Shown here: in pieces, positions 27,297-35,034 of the stretch
Layout of the letters: every line of letters begins with the position of its first letter
Numbering within the stretch: the first letter of the stretch is position 1
Assembly: GCA_021813445.1 (NCBI GenBank)
Contig: JAKAKP010000059.1
Location: 20,002 to 84,001, forward strand
DNA from: Deltaproteobacteria bacterium
GTDB lineage: Bacteria > Desulfobacterota > Desulfobaccia > Desulfobaccales > 0-14-0-80-60-11
DNA length: 64,000 bases
Direction of reading: 5' to 3'
Notes under the pieces: model-generated
What the model was told of the DNA's origin: nothing
Seen by the model: only the letters and a program-made list of their open reading frames with translations
Databases searched by the model: none
Made by a program: the position numbers and the translations under genes

Positions 27297-28255
27297 AAAC
27301 GGCAAGCACTCTGGAAAACATACTGGCATCGGGAGAACTGGCAGTCACCTCCGAGTGCGGGCCGCCGCGGGGTGCCTTGCCGCAGAAGGTGCGGGAAAAG
27401 GCGGAACTGCTCCGGGGCTGTGTGGACGGGGTCAATGTCACCGACAACCAGACGGCCATGGTGCGCATGTCCAGCCTGGCCGCCTGTATCCTGCTGAAGC
27501 AGATGGGGCTCAATCCCATCCTCCAGATGGTCACCCGGGACCGCAACCGCCTGGCGATGCAGAGCGACATCCTGGGGGCATACTCCCACGGGATCGATAC
27601 CATGCTCTGCCTTTCCGGCGATCATCCCCGCTTCGGCGACCATGCTATGGCCGCCACGGTGCATGATATCGACTCCGTCCAGATGATCCGGATGGTGAAG
27701 GACATGCGGGATGAAGGGCTGTTCCAGGGCGGGGAAAAAATTGACGGCCCTCCCAAAATGTTTATCGGCGCCGCGGCCAACCCCTTCGCGGACCCCTTTG
27801 AGCTGCGAGTTTCCCGGTTGGCGAAAAAAGTAAAGGCCGGGGTGGATTTCATCCAAACTCAGTGCATTTACAACGTCGATAAATTCGAAAAATGGCTGCA
27901 AGGGGTGCGGGACCGCGGCCTGCATCAACAGGTCCACATCCTGGCCGGCATTACACCCATGAAATCGGTGGGCATGGCCCGCTACATGAAAAACAAGGTG
28001 CCGGGGATGGATGTGCCCGATGAGGTGGTGAAGCGCATGGGCGGGGTGCCCAAGGACAAGCAGGCTGAGGAGGGCATCAAAATTTGCCTGGAAACCATCG
28101 AGCGCCTGAAAGGCGTGGAGGGTGTCCGGGGATTTCATCTCATGGCGATTGAGTGGGAGCAGAAGGTCCCCGAGATAGTAGAAAGGGCGGGGCTTCTGCC
28201 GAGACCTGACGGTTTAAATGTGGGTGTCCAAAATGTACGAGGAGGCAAGTCATGA
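27293..28255 (+). CDS. metF: Methylenetetrahydrofolate reductase (MetF, MetV-associated type)
   Basis: VTSECGPPRG...VNVTDNQTAMVRMSSLA...MVTRDRNRLAMQSD...FIQTQCIYN. Start at ATG 27293 overlapping the metV stop. Confidence 0.9.
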   Translation: MKTASTLENILASGELAVTSECGPPRGALPQKVREKAELLRGCVDGVNVTDNQTAMVRMSSLAACILLKQMGLNPILQMVTRDRNRLAMQSDILGAYSHGIDTMLCLSGDHPRFGDHAMAATVHDIDSVQMIRMVKDMRDEGLFQGGEKIDGPPKMFIGAAANPFADPFELRVSRLAKKVKAGVDFIQTQCIYNVDKFEKWLQGVRDRGLHQQVHILAGITPMKSVGMARYMKNKVPGMDVPDEVVKRMGGVPKDKQAEEGIKICLETIERLKGVEGVRGFHLMAIEWEQKVPEIVERAGLLPRPDGLNVGVQNVRGGKS

Positions 28256-28641
28256 GTAACAAGGAACTTATTTTGGTAGTGGACGATGACCCCGATCTGG
28301 TGGATATGGTGGCCACAAAGCTTGAGGCCAATAACTACAGAACTGCAAAGGCTTACGACGGGTTTCAGGCCTGGGAGAAAATCAAGCAGGAAAAGCCTGC
28401 CATGGTGCTCCTGGATGTCATGATGCCGAACAAGGACGGCTATGTGACCTGCGAAGAGATCAAGAAGGACCCAAACTTTAAAGATATTGCCGTGGTGCTG
28501 CTCACTGCGGTGGTGGATAACCTGCCGACGACCACGTACACGCATCACTCAGGTCGCACGACCCCGGCGGATGACTTCATTCCGAAGCCCATAGACCTGG
28601 ATAAGCTTATGGGCATTGTCCAGGATAATTTGGGACGCTGA
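28252..28641 (+). CDS. Stand-alone response regulator receiver protein (CheY-like)
   Basis: LVVDDDPDLVDM...VLLDVMMPNKDGY...FIPKPID. Confidence 0.85.
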   Translation: MSNKELILVVDDDPDLVDMVATKLEANNYRTAKAYDGFQAWEKIKQEKPAMVLLDVMMPNKDGYVTCEEIKKDPNFKDIAVVLLTAVVDNLPTTTYTHHSGRTTPADDFIPKPIDLDKLMGIVQDNLGR

Positions 28642-28687
28642 TGAGACACAGGCAGGGGGCGTACGCGGCGCCCCCGTCTCCTGAGGC

Positions 28688-30280
28688 TTGTCTTCACAGT
28701 CTCCTAGATCGAAGCCGATTGAGCCAAGGTTATCTATGGCCAGAGGAGCCGATGAAAAAAGCACCGGGATCGATTGGAGGTCGAGGGTATTCGATTCCCT
28801 ATCATTGCCCGCCCTGATCTTGGAGGCGAACCGGGTGGTTCTTGATGCGAATAAGAGCTTTTTGATGCAATACGGCATTAGTAAAGATGGGATTATCGGC
28901 CAGACCTGCCATGAATTCTTCTACCAGTCTGAAGATCCCTGTCCATATGAAACCTGCCCTCTTTCCAAAGTGCTGAAAGAAAAGACCGGACAGACGATCC
29001 TTAGATGCGTCAAGATTCCAGGCAGCAAAGAAAAATGGGAGGACCGAATCTTCTCGCCCATCCTGGATGATGCCGGCAAGGTTCAGTATATCATCGAAAA
29101 AATTCGAGACGTCACTCATATCAAGAGGCTGGAAAGAGAGCTTTCCGGAATCAAGGTATTTATGGAGAAGTTTGTCCAAAGCTCGATGAGCGCTATCGTG
29201 GCCGCTGACCGGAGAGGCAGGATCCTGCTGATGAACCCGGCTGCAGAAGAGCTCACCGGTTATACCTTCCCGGAGGCCCGGAGACGGGTCACGGTTCGAG
29301 ACCTTTACCCGCCGGGCCAGGCGAAAGAGATCATGGCAAAACTCAGGAGCGAAGCTTTTGGCGGAAAAGGCAGGTTACCGTGCAGCCAAACCATCCTGGT
29401 AAACGCCCAAGGGGAAGAGATCCCCGTGGAGTTAACCGCCGCCATAATCTATGAGGGTGAAAAAGAAGTGGCCACCATGGGCATCTTCAACGACCTCAGG
29501 GAGAAAATCGCTCAGGAGGAGAAGATTAAAGAGGTTTTGATGAGAGCGGCCAAGGCCGAGAAAATGGCTTCATTGGGTCAACTTGCCGCTGGAGTCGCCC
29601 ATGAGATCAATAACCCTTTAACTGGCATCCTTCTTTATGGGGGCCTGCTTTTGGAAGATTTACGCAGCGATCATCCCTGGCATCAGGATTTGCAGTCTAT
29701 CATTGATGATGCCAATCAATGCCGCAATATTGTCAAAAGCCTCCTTGCTTATAGCCGCCAGACCAGCGCCAATAAAGAGATCATAGACCTTAATGATTTG
29801 GTGGAGCAAAGCTTGAGCCTTATTCGGGATCAGAGTCTGTTTATCAATATCGAGGTAGTTAAAAAGCTGTCTGATGAAAAGATGCTGATCAGAGTGGACC
29901 GGAGCCAGCTCAATCAGGTGATTATTAATTTAGTCATCAATGCTGTTGACGCCATGGAACGAAAAGGAACCTTGACCCTCAAGACTTATTGGCATCTCCG
30001 GAAGAAGAAGGGGGCGGGAAAGAAAGAGGCGGCAGGTTTCGCTTACCTGGAAGTTGCCGATACCGGCTGTGGCATATCTGCAGAAAATCTTTCCCGGATA
30101 TTTGACCCTTTCTTCACGACCAAAGAACTGGGAAAGGGGACCGGCTTAGGTCTAAGCACCGCTTACGGCATTATCCATGAAAATGGCGGCACTATCTGGG
30201 TAAAAGAAACCAGTCCAAAGGGGAGTACCTTCATAGTGGAACTTCCCCTTTGCCAGGATGCAAACGGACATGAACTTTAG
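28688..30280 (+). CDS. PAS-PAS sensor histidine kinase (complete HisKA + HATPase_c)
   Basis: Cys-rich first PAS (GQTCHEFFYQSEDPCPYETCP). H-box GVAHEINNPLTGI, N-box VIINLVINAVDA, G1 DTGCGIS, G2 GKGTGLGLS. Start is uncertain (TTG 28688 or ATG 28736). Confidence 0.85.
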   Translation: MSSQSPRSKPIEPRLSMARGADEKSTGIDWRSRVFDSLSLPALILEANRVVLDANKSFLMQYGISKDGIIGQTCHEFFYQSEDPCPYETCPLSKVLKEKTGQTILRCVKIPGSKEKWEDRIFSPILDDAGKVQYIIEKIRDVTHIKRLERELSGIKVFMEKFVQSSMSAIVAADRRGRILLMNPAAEELTGYTFPEARRRVTVRDLYPPGQAKEIMAKLRSEAFGGKGRLPCSQTILVNAQGEEIPVELTAAIIYEGEKEVATMGIFNDLREKIAQEEKIKEVLMRAAKAEKMASLGQLAAGVAHEINNPLTGILLYGGLLLEDLRSDHPWHQDLQSIIDDANQCRNIVKSLLAYSRQTSANKEIIDLNDLVEQSLSLIRDQSLFINIEVVKKLSDEKMLIRVDRSQLNQVIINLVINAVDAMERKGTLTLKTYWHLRKKKGAGKKEAAGFAYLEVADTGCGISAENLSRIFDPFFTTKELGKGTGLGLSTAYGIIHENGGTIWVKETSPKGSTFIVELPLCQDANGHEL

Positions 30281-31619
30281 CAAACGGTCGTACAGCAATC
30301 AAGAAATCGGGCCGGGAAACCTGGTGCAGAAAATGGCGTTAATAGCCCATTCCTCACCCTCCATTCTGGTCATCGATGATGAAGAACATGTGCGGCAAGG
30401 CTGCCGCAAGGTACTCGTCCGGGATGGATATGAGGTGACCATCGCTGAATCCGGCGAAATCGGCCTCAGCCTTATTGAGCACCGGCATTTTGACATCATT
30501 CTTTTAGACCTGATGATGCCGAGCCTTTCCGGGTTCGATGTCCTGGCCCTGGTCAAGGCGCTGCATCCTGACACCATCATCATTGTCATCAGCGGTTACG
30601 CCACCTTTGAAAATTCCGTAGAAGTCATGAAACGGGGAGCCTTTGATTTCATCCCCAAACCTTTCTCTCCCGAACAATTACGCCTCCTTACCAGAAAAGC
30701 CATAGAGTATCTGAGAACCATGCAAGATATTGCCGATGAAAAGTCGCGGATGCGCGCGCTCATTAATCGGCTGACTGACGGGGTTATGGCCACTGATGCC
30801 GCCAAACGGATATTGCTGGCAAATCCGGCATTTTTGCGACTGGCCGGCTCCCGGGAAGTGCGAATTGTCGGCTGCCAAGTGGGCGAAGTCATCCAAAATA
30901 CCCATTTGGAAGAGATGATAGATCGGGCGCTGGCTTTGACCGGAACTGAACTGGCGGAACTGGTGGAAGAAATATGTCTTGACTCCGAGGCGGGACAGCC
31001 GCAGACAATTATAAGTGCCCGCTGTATTCCTTATATTGACCGGGCTGGCCGTAACATCGGCACCATCACGGTGCTCCATGACATCACGGCTTTGAAGCGC
31101 CTGGACCGCATCAAGTCAGAATTCGTCGCCATGGTCTCCCACGAGATAAGAAGTCCGCTGAATTCGGTCCTGGCCCAGATGAAAATCATCCTGGACGGCC
31201 TGGCTGGCGAGGTCACCCCGAAGCAACAGGAAATATTGAGCCGGGCCTCGGCCAAGGTCAATAGCCTGATAGCCCTCTCTTCAGAACTCCTGGACCTGGC
31301 CCGGATTGAGTCCGGTCTGATCAGCCAGGAAAGAGAACAACTCAACCTTGCCAATATCCTGGAGGATCAGGTGGCTTTTCATAATCCGGCGGCCCAAGCC
31401 AAGGGGATTTCCCTGGTGCTGGAGCCTTTGCCAAGACTTGAGCCGGTATTTGCCGACCGGGGCACCATGGAAGAGGTGTTCTCCAACCTCATCGCTAACG
31501 CCATCAACTATACGCCCGAGGGCGGCAGGGTGACCCTTTCCGCCGCCATGGAGAGCGGTTACCTCCGGGCCTCTGTGGCCGATAATGGCATCGGCATGGC
31601 CCCCGAAGACCTGGGCCGC
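30258..31619 (+). pseudogene. Hybrid response-regulator/PAS/histidine kinase truncated within the ATPase domain (fused in frame to the phage lysozyme)
   Basis: REC (ILVIDDEEH...ILLDLMMPSLSGF...FIPKPF), PAS, H-box VSHEIRSPLNSV, N-box NLIANAINYTPEGG, G1 DNGIGMAPEDLGR. The expected F-box and G2 (GxGLGL) are missing, and the reading frame continues into a lysozyme domain. Confidence 0.7.
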
Positions 31620-32075
31620 ATGCAGGAAATCATCCTGGCCTCGGCCCAAGAGTATCAATGGCCGCCGAAGATCATTGCCGGGATTATCAGCAGGGAATCC
31701 CGCTTTGGGCTGCTTCTGGACGGTGAGGGCAAGGGCGATGCCGGGCACGGGCACGGCCTGATGCAGATCGACGACCGGAGCTTCGGCGGCTGGCTGGCGG
31801 CAAACGACTGGCAGGACCCGGCCGTCAACATCCAAATGGGCGTCAAAATCCTCACTGACAAATATAACTACCTGGCCGGCCGCGGTCTCCTGGACGGCCT
31901 CAGCGATACGCAAGCCCAGCAGGCCGCGGTCGCGGCTTACAACTGCGGCGAGGGGAACGTCGCCAAGGTGCTCCAGGCCGGGGACGATATTGACAGCCGC
32001 ACCGCGGGCCGGAATTATTCGGCGGACGTCTTGGCCCGGGCCGAGCAATTCAGGGAGGTCTTCGCCGGGACATGA
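31620..32075 (+). CDS. Endolysin, goose-type lysozyme / lytic transglycosylase (GH23-like)
   Basis: IIAGIISRESRFG...GDAGHGHGLMQIDDRS...AAYNCGEGNV resembles the g-type lysozyme/SLT catalytic region. The own ATG at 31620 lies inside the fused ORF 30258-32075. Confidence 0.8.
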   Translation: MQEIILASAQEYQWPPKIIAGIISRESRFGLLLDGEGKGDAGHGHGLMQIDDRSFGGWLAANDWQDPAVNIQMGVKILTDKYNYLAGRGLLDGLSDTQAQQAAVAAYNCGEGNVAKVLQAGDDIDSRTAGRNYSADVLARAEQFREVFAGT

Positions 32076-32764
32076 AGATTCTTTCCCTCAATTTCTGTGT
32101 CACGCATCCCCGGCCCCGGGCGGAGCGGCTCAAGGCCCTGGCCGATTTTATCCACGCCAACGGGGTGGACGTGCTGCTCATGCAGGAAGGCGTGCGCTCC
32201 TGCCTGGTCTACGATACCGGGCGGCAGCTTAACCGGCTGCTGGGCCGCTCCTGGCAGCGCTTCGCCAAATCCAATATCGGCTGTCCTTTCTTTTGGGAGT
32301 TCCGGGTGGGCATCTTTTCCCGCTACCCGCTCCTGGAGACCTGTCATGCCGACCTGTCGGTTCCCATCAAAAAAAGCCTGCCCGATTCCCTGCCGCTGCC
32401 CTGGCGGGCCCACGCCGTGGGGGCCGTGATTTATACCCCGGAGTTCGGCCGCACACACCTGGTGGACGTCCACCTATCTTCCGGCCCCAAGACGCCCTCC
32501 GACCAGGTGGACCAGACCCGCAAGCTGCTGGCCTGGGCCGGCGGCCTGGAGAAGGCCGAGATGGCCATCCTGGGGGGCGACTTTAACTTCGGCGCGGGCA
32601 GCAGCAGCGATGTGTTGCTGGTGGAATCCGGTTATCAAGTGGCCGGGGAAGCGCCGCCGGACTTTATTTATACCGCCGGCGCCCGGGTGGTCTCGCGGCA
32701 GGTGGTGATGACGGACCATGAGATCACGGACCATGACGGGGCCGTGCTGGTGGAGGTGAAGTAA
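32072..32764 (+). CDS. Endonuclease/exonuclease/phosphatase (EEP) family protein
   Basis: EEP catalytic landmarks are present: DVLLMQEG (Glu), GGDFNF (Asp/Asn), TDHD (Asp-His). No signal peptide. Confidence 0.75.
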   Translation: MKILSLNFCVTHPRPRAERLKALADFIHANGVDVLLMQEGVRSCLVYDTGRQLNRLLGRSWQRFAKSNIGCPFFWEFRVGIFSRYPLLETCHADLSVPIKKSLPDSLPLPWRAHAVGAVIYTPEFGRTHLVDVHLSSGPKTPSDQVDQTRKLLAWAGGLEKAEMAILGGDFNFGAGSSSDVLLVESGYQVAGEAPPDFIYTAGARVVSRQVVMTDHEITDHDGAVLVEVK

Positions 32765-33021
32765 TGGGCCTACTCAATGACCATCGCCTGGTGGAGTTCA
32801 TTATTGACGATTCCACCGGCCATCTCTCGGCGTCCCGGGTCGGCCTGCTGGCCATGAACCTGGTGGCCGCGGTGGCCGGGATCTGGCTCCTCTTTAAGGG
32901 CAAGGACCCCACCACCCTGATTGCCGGGGTGGCCGCCACGGACGCCGGGGTTTACCTGGTGAACAGCGGCGCCCGGGTCTGGGGCCGGGCCAAGGAGATG
33001 TTAAAGGGAGGTATCGAATGA
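32764..33021 (+). CDS. Putative holin (two TM segments)
   Basis: 85 aa. TM1 LLAMNLVAAVAGIWLLF, TM2 LIAGVAATDAGVYLV, charged C-terminus. Lysis-cassette position. Confidence 0.55.
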   Translation: MGLLNDHRLVEFIIDDSTGHLSASRVGLLAMNLVAAVAGIWLLFKGKDPTTLIAGVAATDAGVYLVNSGARVWGRAKEMLKGGIE

Positions 33022-33296
33022 CCGAGCTTCTCTCATTGCTTCTGGGTCCCCTGGGCAAGGTCCTGGGGGTGGCGGTCTCCCTGGGAGGTCTCTATCTCTG
33101 GGGCAAATACCAAAAATCCCAAAAGGAGAAGGCCCAGGCCAAGGCCGAGGGCCTGCAAGCCCAGGTGGAAATTCAGGCAGGCCGGGAGGAGGTGCAGCAT
33201 GAAACGGCTCAGGCAGTGGAAGAAACCCGTGACCGGGTTGAAGCTGGCGATGCTGCCGGCGTGTCTGACGCTTTTAATAGCCTGCGGGACAAGTAA
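33018..33296 (+). CDS. Putative i-spanin (Rz-like)
   Basis: N-terminal TM (LLSLLLGPLGKVLGVAVSLGGLYLW) followed by a charged coiled coil. It contains the start of an overlapping lipoprotein gene. Confidence 0.6.
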   Translation: MTELLSLLLGPLGKVLGVAVSLGGLYLWGKYQKSQKEKAQAKAEGLQAQVEIQAGREEVQHETAQAVEETRDRVEAGDAAGVSDAFNSLRDK

Positions 33297-33507
33297 GCCG
33301 AACCTGGTTTTGCCCAAGCCTCCCATGCCGGAGCCCCCGGTGCTGCATTCGCAGCCCACCCCGCCGGCGCCACCGGCCGGGGCCAAGGGCGTCTGGTTTT
33401 CCCTGCCCGACGCCGGGGCTTTGAAAATTTACCTGGACAAGCTCAAAGGCAAGTGCCGGGAAGATGACGTGATCATCGACCGGGCCAATAAATACCTCAG
33501 CCGGTAG
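33199..33507 (+). CDS. Putative o-spanin (Rz1-like outer-membrane lipoprotein), overlapped architecture
   Basis: Signal peptide plus lipobox LLIAC|G, and a proline-rich mature part. It starts in the +1 frame inside the i-spanin gene and extends beyond it. Confidence 0.65.
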   Translation: MKRLRQWKKPVTGLKLAMLPACLTLLIACGTSKPNLVLPKPPMPEPPVLHSQPTPPAPPAGAKGVWFSLPDAGALKIYLDKLKGKCREDDVIIDRANKYLSR

Positions 33508-33518
33508 GAAGGACCGAA

Positions 33519-33950
33519 ATGGACGAATACCCCTGGATGCCCATAGCCCGCTCTTACCTGGGACAACATGAGGTCCCGGGCCCGGCCGCCAATCAATTCA
33601 TCGTGGAATGCCTGCGGGATTTCACCGACGTCGACCGGGCAATGGCCAAAAGCGATGAGACCGCCTGGTGCTCCGCTTTCGCCAACCGCTGCGTGGCTGA
33701 GGCCGGCCTGGAAGGCACCAATTCGGCTTGGGCTCGCTCCTGGCTGGATTGGGGGCGGGAGCCGGAAAACGATGAAGAATACGCGGGCGCCATTGTCGTC
33801 CTGGAACGCGGCCCCAACTCCGGACATGTGGGTTTCCTCAATGACTGGGGGGACGGCTGGGTTGAACTCCTGGGGGGCAATCAAGGCGATAGTGTGAGCT
33901 TGGCGAGGTTTTCCGATAGCCGGGTTTTGGGTTATCGAGTGCCGGTGTAG
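33519..33950 (+). CDS. TIGR02594-like / NlpC-P60-CHAP-like peptidoglycan hydrolase
   Basis: ...DETAWCSAFANRCV...GHVGFL...LGGNQGDSV, Cys/His arrangement typical of this phage-associated family. Confidence 0.65.
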   Translation: MDEYPWMPIARSYLGQHEVPGPAANQFIVECLRDFTDVDRAMAKSDETAWCSAFANRCVAEAGLEGTNSAWARSWLDWGREPENDEEYAGAIVVLERGPNSGHVGFLNDWGDGWVELLGGNQGDSVSLARFSDSRVLGYRVPV

Positions 33951-33960
33951 GGGGAAGCAG

Positions 33961-34290
33961 ATGGGGCGCGAAAACCACAATGAGGAACTCGAACTGGCCC
34001 TTCTGATCGAAAAAATCAAAGGCCGGTTGGATTTAGTCGCCTCGGGCAAGGATCATCTAAAGGAACTCCTAAAACTGTATCAAGAATCCCAGGACGCCTT
34101 AAACACTGAACTCAAGAAGCGGTTGCTGAAGCAGGAGAATTGTCCTTGCCAAGTGCGGCGGGACCCAAGCTGTCAGTGTCCCTTGCTGAATTTGCAGCAG
34201 ATGGTCGCCAAATACGTAGGTATCGGCGTGGGGGCGGGCTTCTTAATTCAGGTCTTAATACAAATCGGACTCCACTTTTATTTCCGGTGA
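33961..34290 (+). CDS. Hypothetical protein, C-terminal membrane anchor
   Basis: Coiled-coil N-terminus, CPC/CQC pairs, C-terminal TM (VGIGVGAGFLIQVLIQIGL). No family recognised. Confidence 0.4.
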   Translation: MGRENHNEELELALLIEKIKGRLDLVASGKDHLKELLKLYQESQDALNTELKKRLLKQENCPCQVRRDPSCQCPLLNLQQMVAKYVGIGVGAGFLIQVLIQIGLHFYFR

Positions 34291-34293
34291 TCT

Positions 34294-34530
34294 ATGGCCC
34301 ATGAAGAGCTGATCGACAAAGGTACTCTTCCTATCAAAATCCGGGAAACCCGGGGGAGGCTCGCTCTCCTGCGGGATGCCATTGTCCAGGAGTTGGACAA
34401 ATTTGAGCCGCTGGAAGAGCTAAACGCGGACAAGATCGCTTCATTAGCCTTGGATTTCGCCACCCTCCAAGTGGAATACAGGGGTCTCCTGGCCACTGCA
34501 AAGGCATTGCATAGGGCTCTTGGCAGGTGA
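34294..34530 (+). CDS. Hypothetical small helical protein
   Basis: 78 aa, coding-like, packed between neighbouring genes. No family recognised. Confidence 0.4.
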   Translation: MAHEELIDKGTLPIKIRETRGRLALLRDAIVQELDKFEPLEELNADKIASLALDFATLQVEYRGLLATAKALHRALGR

Positions 34531-34533
34531 GCC

Positions 34534-35034
34534 GTGGACGATAGACTTCCCAAAGAAGGGCGGGAGCATGCGCCCCAGACTTTTTTCAGAGCACAGGAGC
34601 TTTATATCCTTGACGGCTTCACTTATGACGAAGTGGCCACAGCTACGGGGGTGTCCCGGAGCCAAATACAGCGCTGGGCCACCAAGCACGGCTGGAAGTC
34701 CAAGCGAGACGAATACTTGGCGGACATGGGCTGCCTGCGTCTGGAGCATGTGGGTCTGATCCAGCGGTTGCAAAAGGAACTGAAAGACAAACTCGATGGC
34801 CAACTGCTTTTTGCTTACCGGGGGCTGGTGAGAGATTTCGTAGGCGATCAGAAAGCAGCCAAGATAAGCGACCCCCCGGTTTTGGATGTCGACCGCCCGG
34901 CGCTGTTCTTGGAAGACTTGAACTTCATCGCCACCTACCTGAAGGAAAAAGACCCCGAGGGTCTGAAGGCCTTAGCAAAAAATTTTGACGGTCTGGTGGC
35001 CCGCTTCAAAGCAGATCATGCGCAAACGGCCTAA
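34534..35034 (+). CDS. Putative terminase small subunit (Mu gp27/DUF1804-like HTH protein)
   Basis: HTH FTYDEVATATGVSRSQIQRWATKHGWKSKRDEY, directly upstream of and overlapping the large terminase. Confidence 0.55.
   Translation: MDDRLPKEGREHAPQTFFRAQELYILDGFTYDEVATATGVSRSQIQRWATKHGWKSKRDEYLADMGCLRLEHVGLIQRLQKELKDKLDGQLLFAYRGLVRDFVGDQKAAKISDPPVLDVDRPALFLEDLNFIATYLKEKDPEGLKALAKNFDGLVARFKADHAQTA

Noticed and set aside
26942-28138. 398-aa minus-strand ORF, with similar long antisense ORFs at 1630-2928 (+), 5723-6895 (+), 13928-14782 (-), 14885-15634 (-), 36544-37662 (-), 39434-41032 (-), 44730-46100 (-), 52406-53383 (-) and 56656-57846 (-).
   Set aside because: Each lies exactly antisense to a gene with clear family motifs. 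Their translations are Arg/Gly/Pro/His-rich low-complexity strings typical of GC-rich shadow frames, with no recognisable domains.
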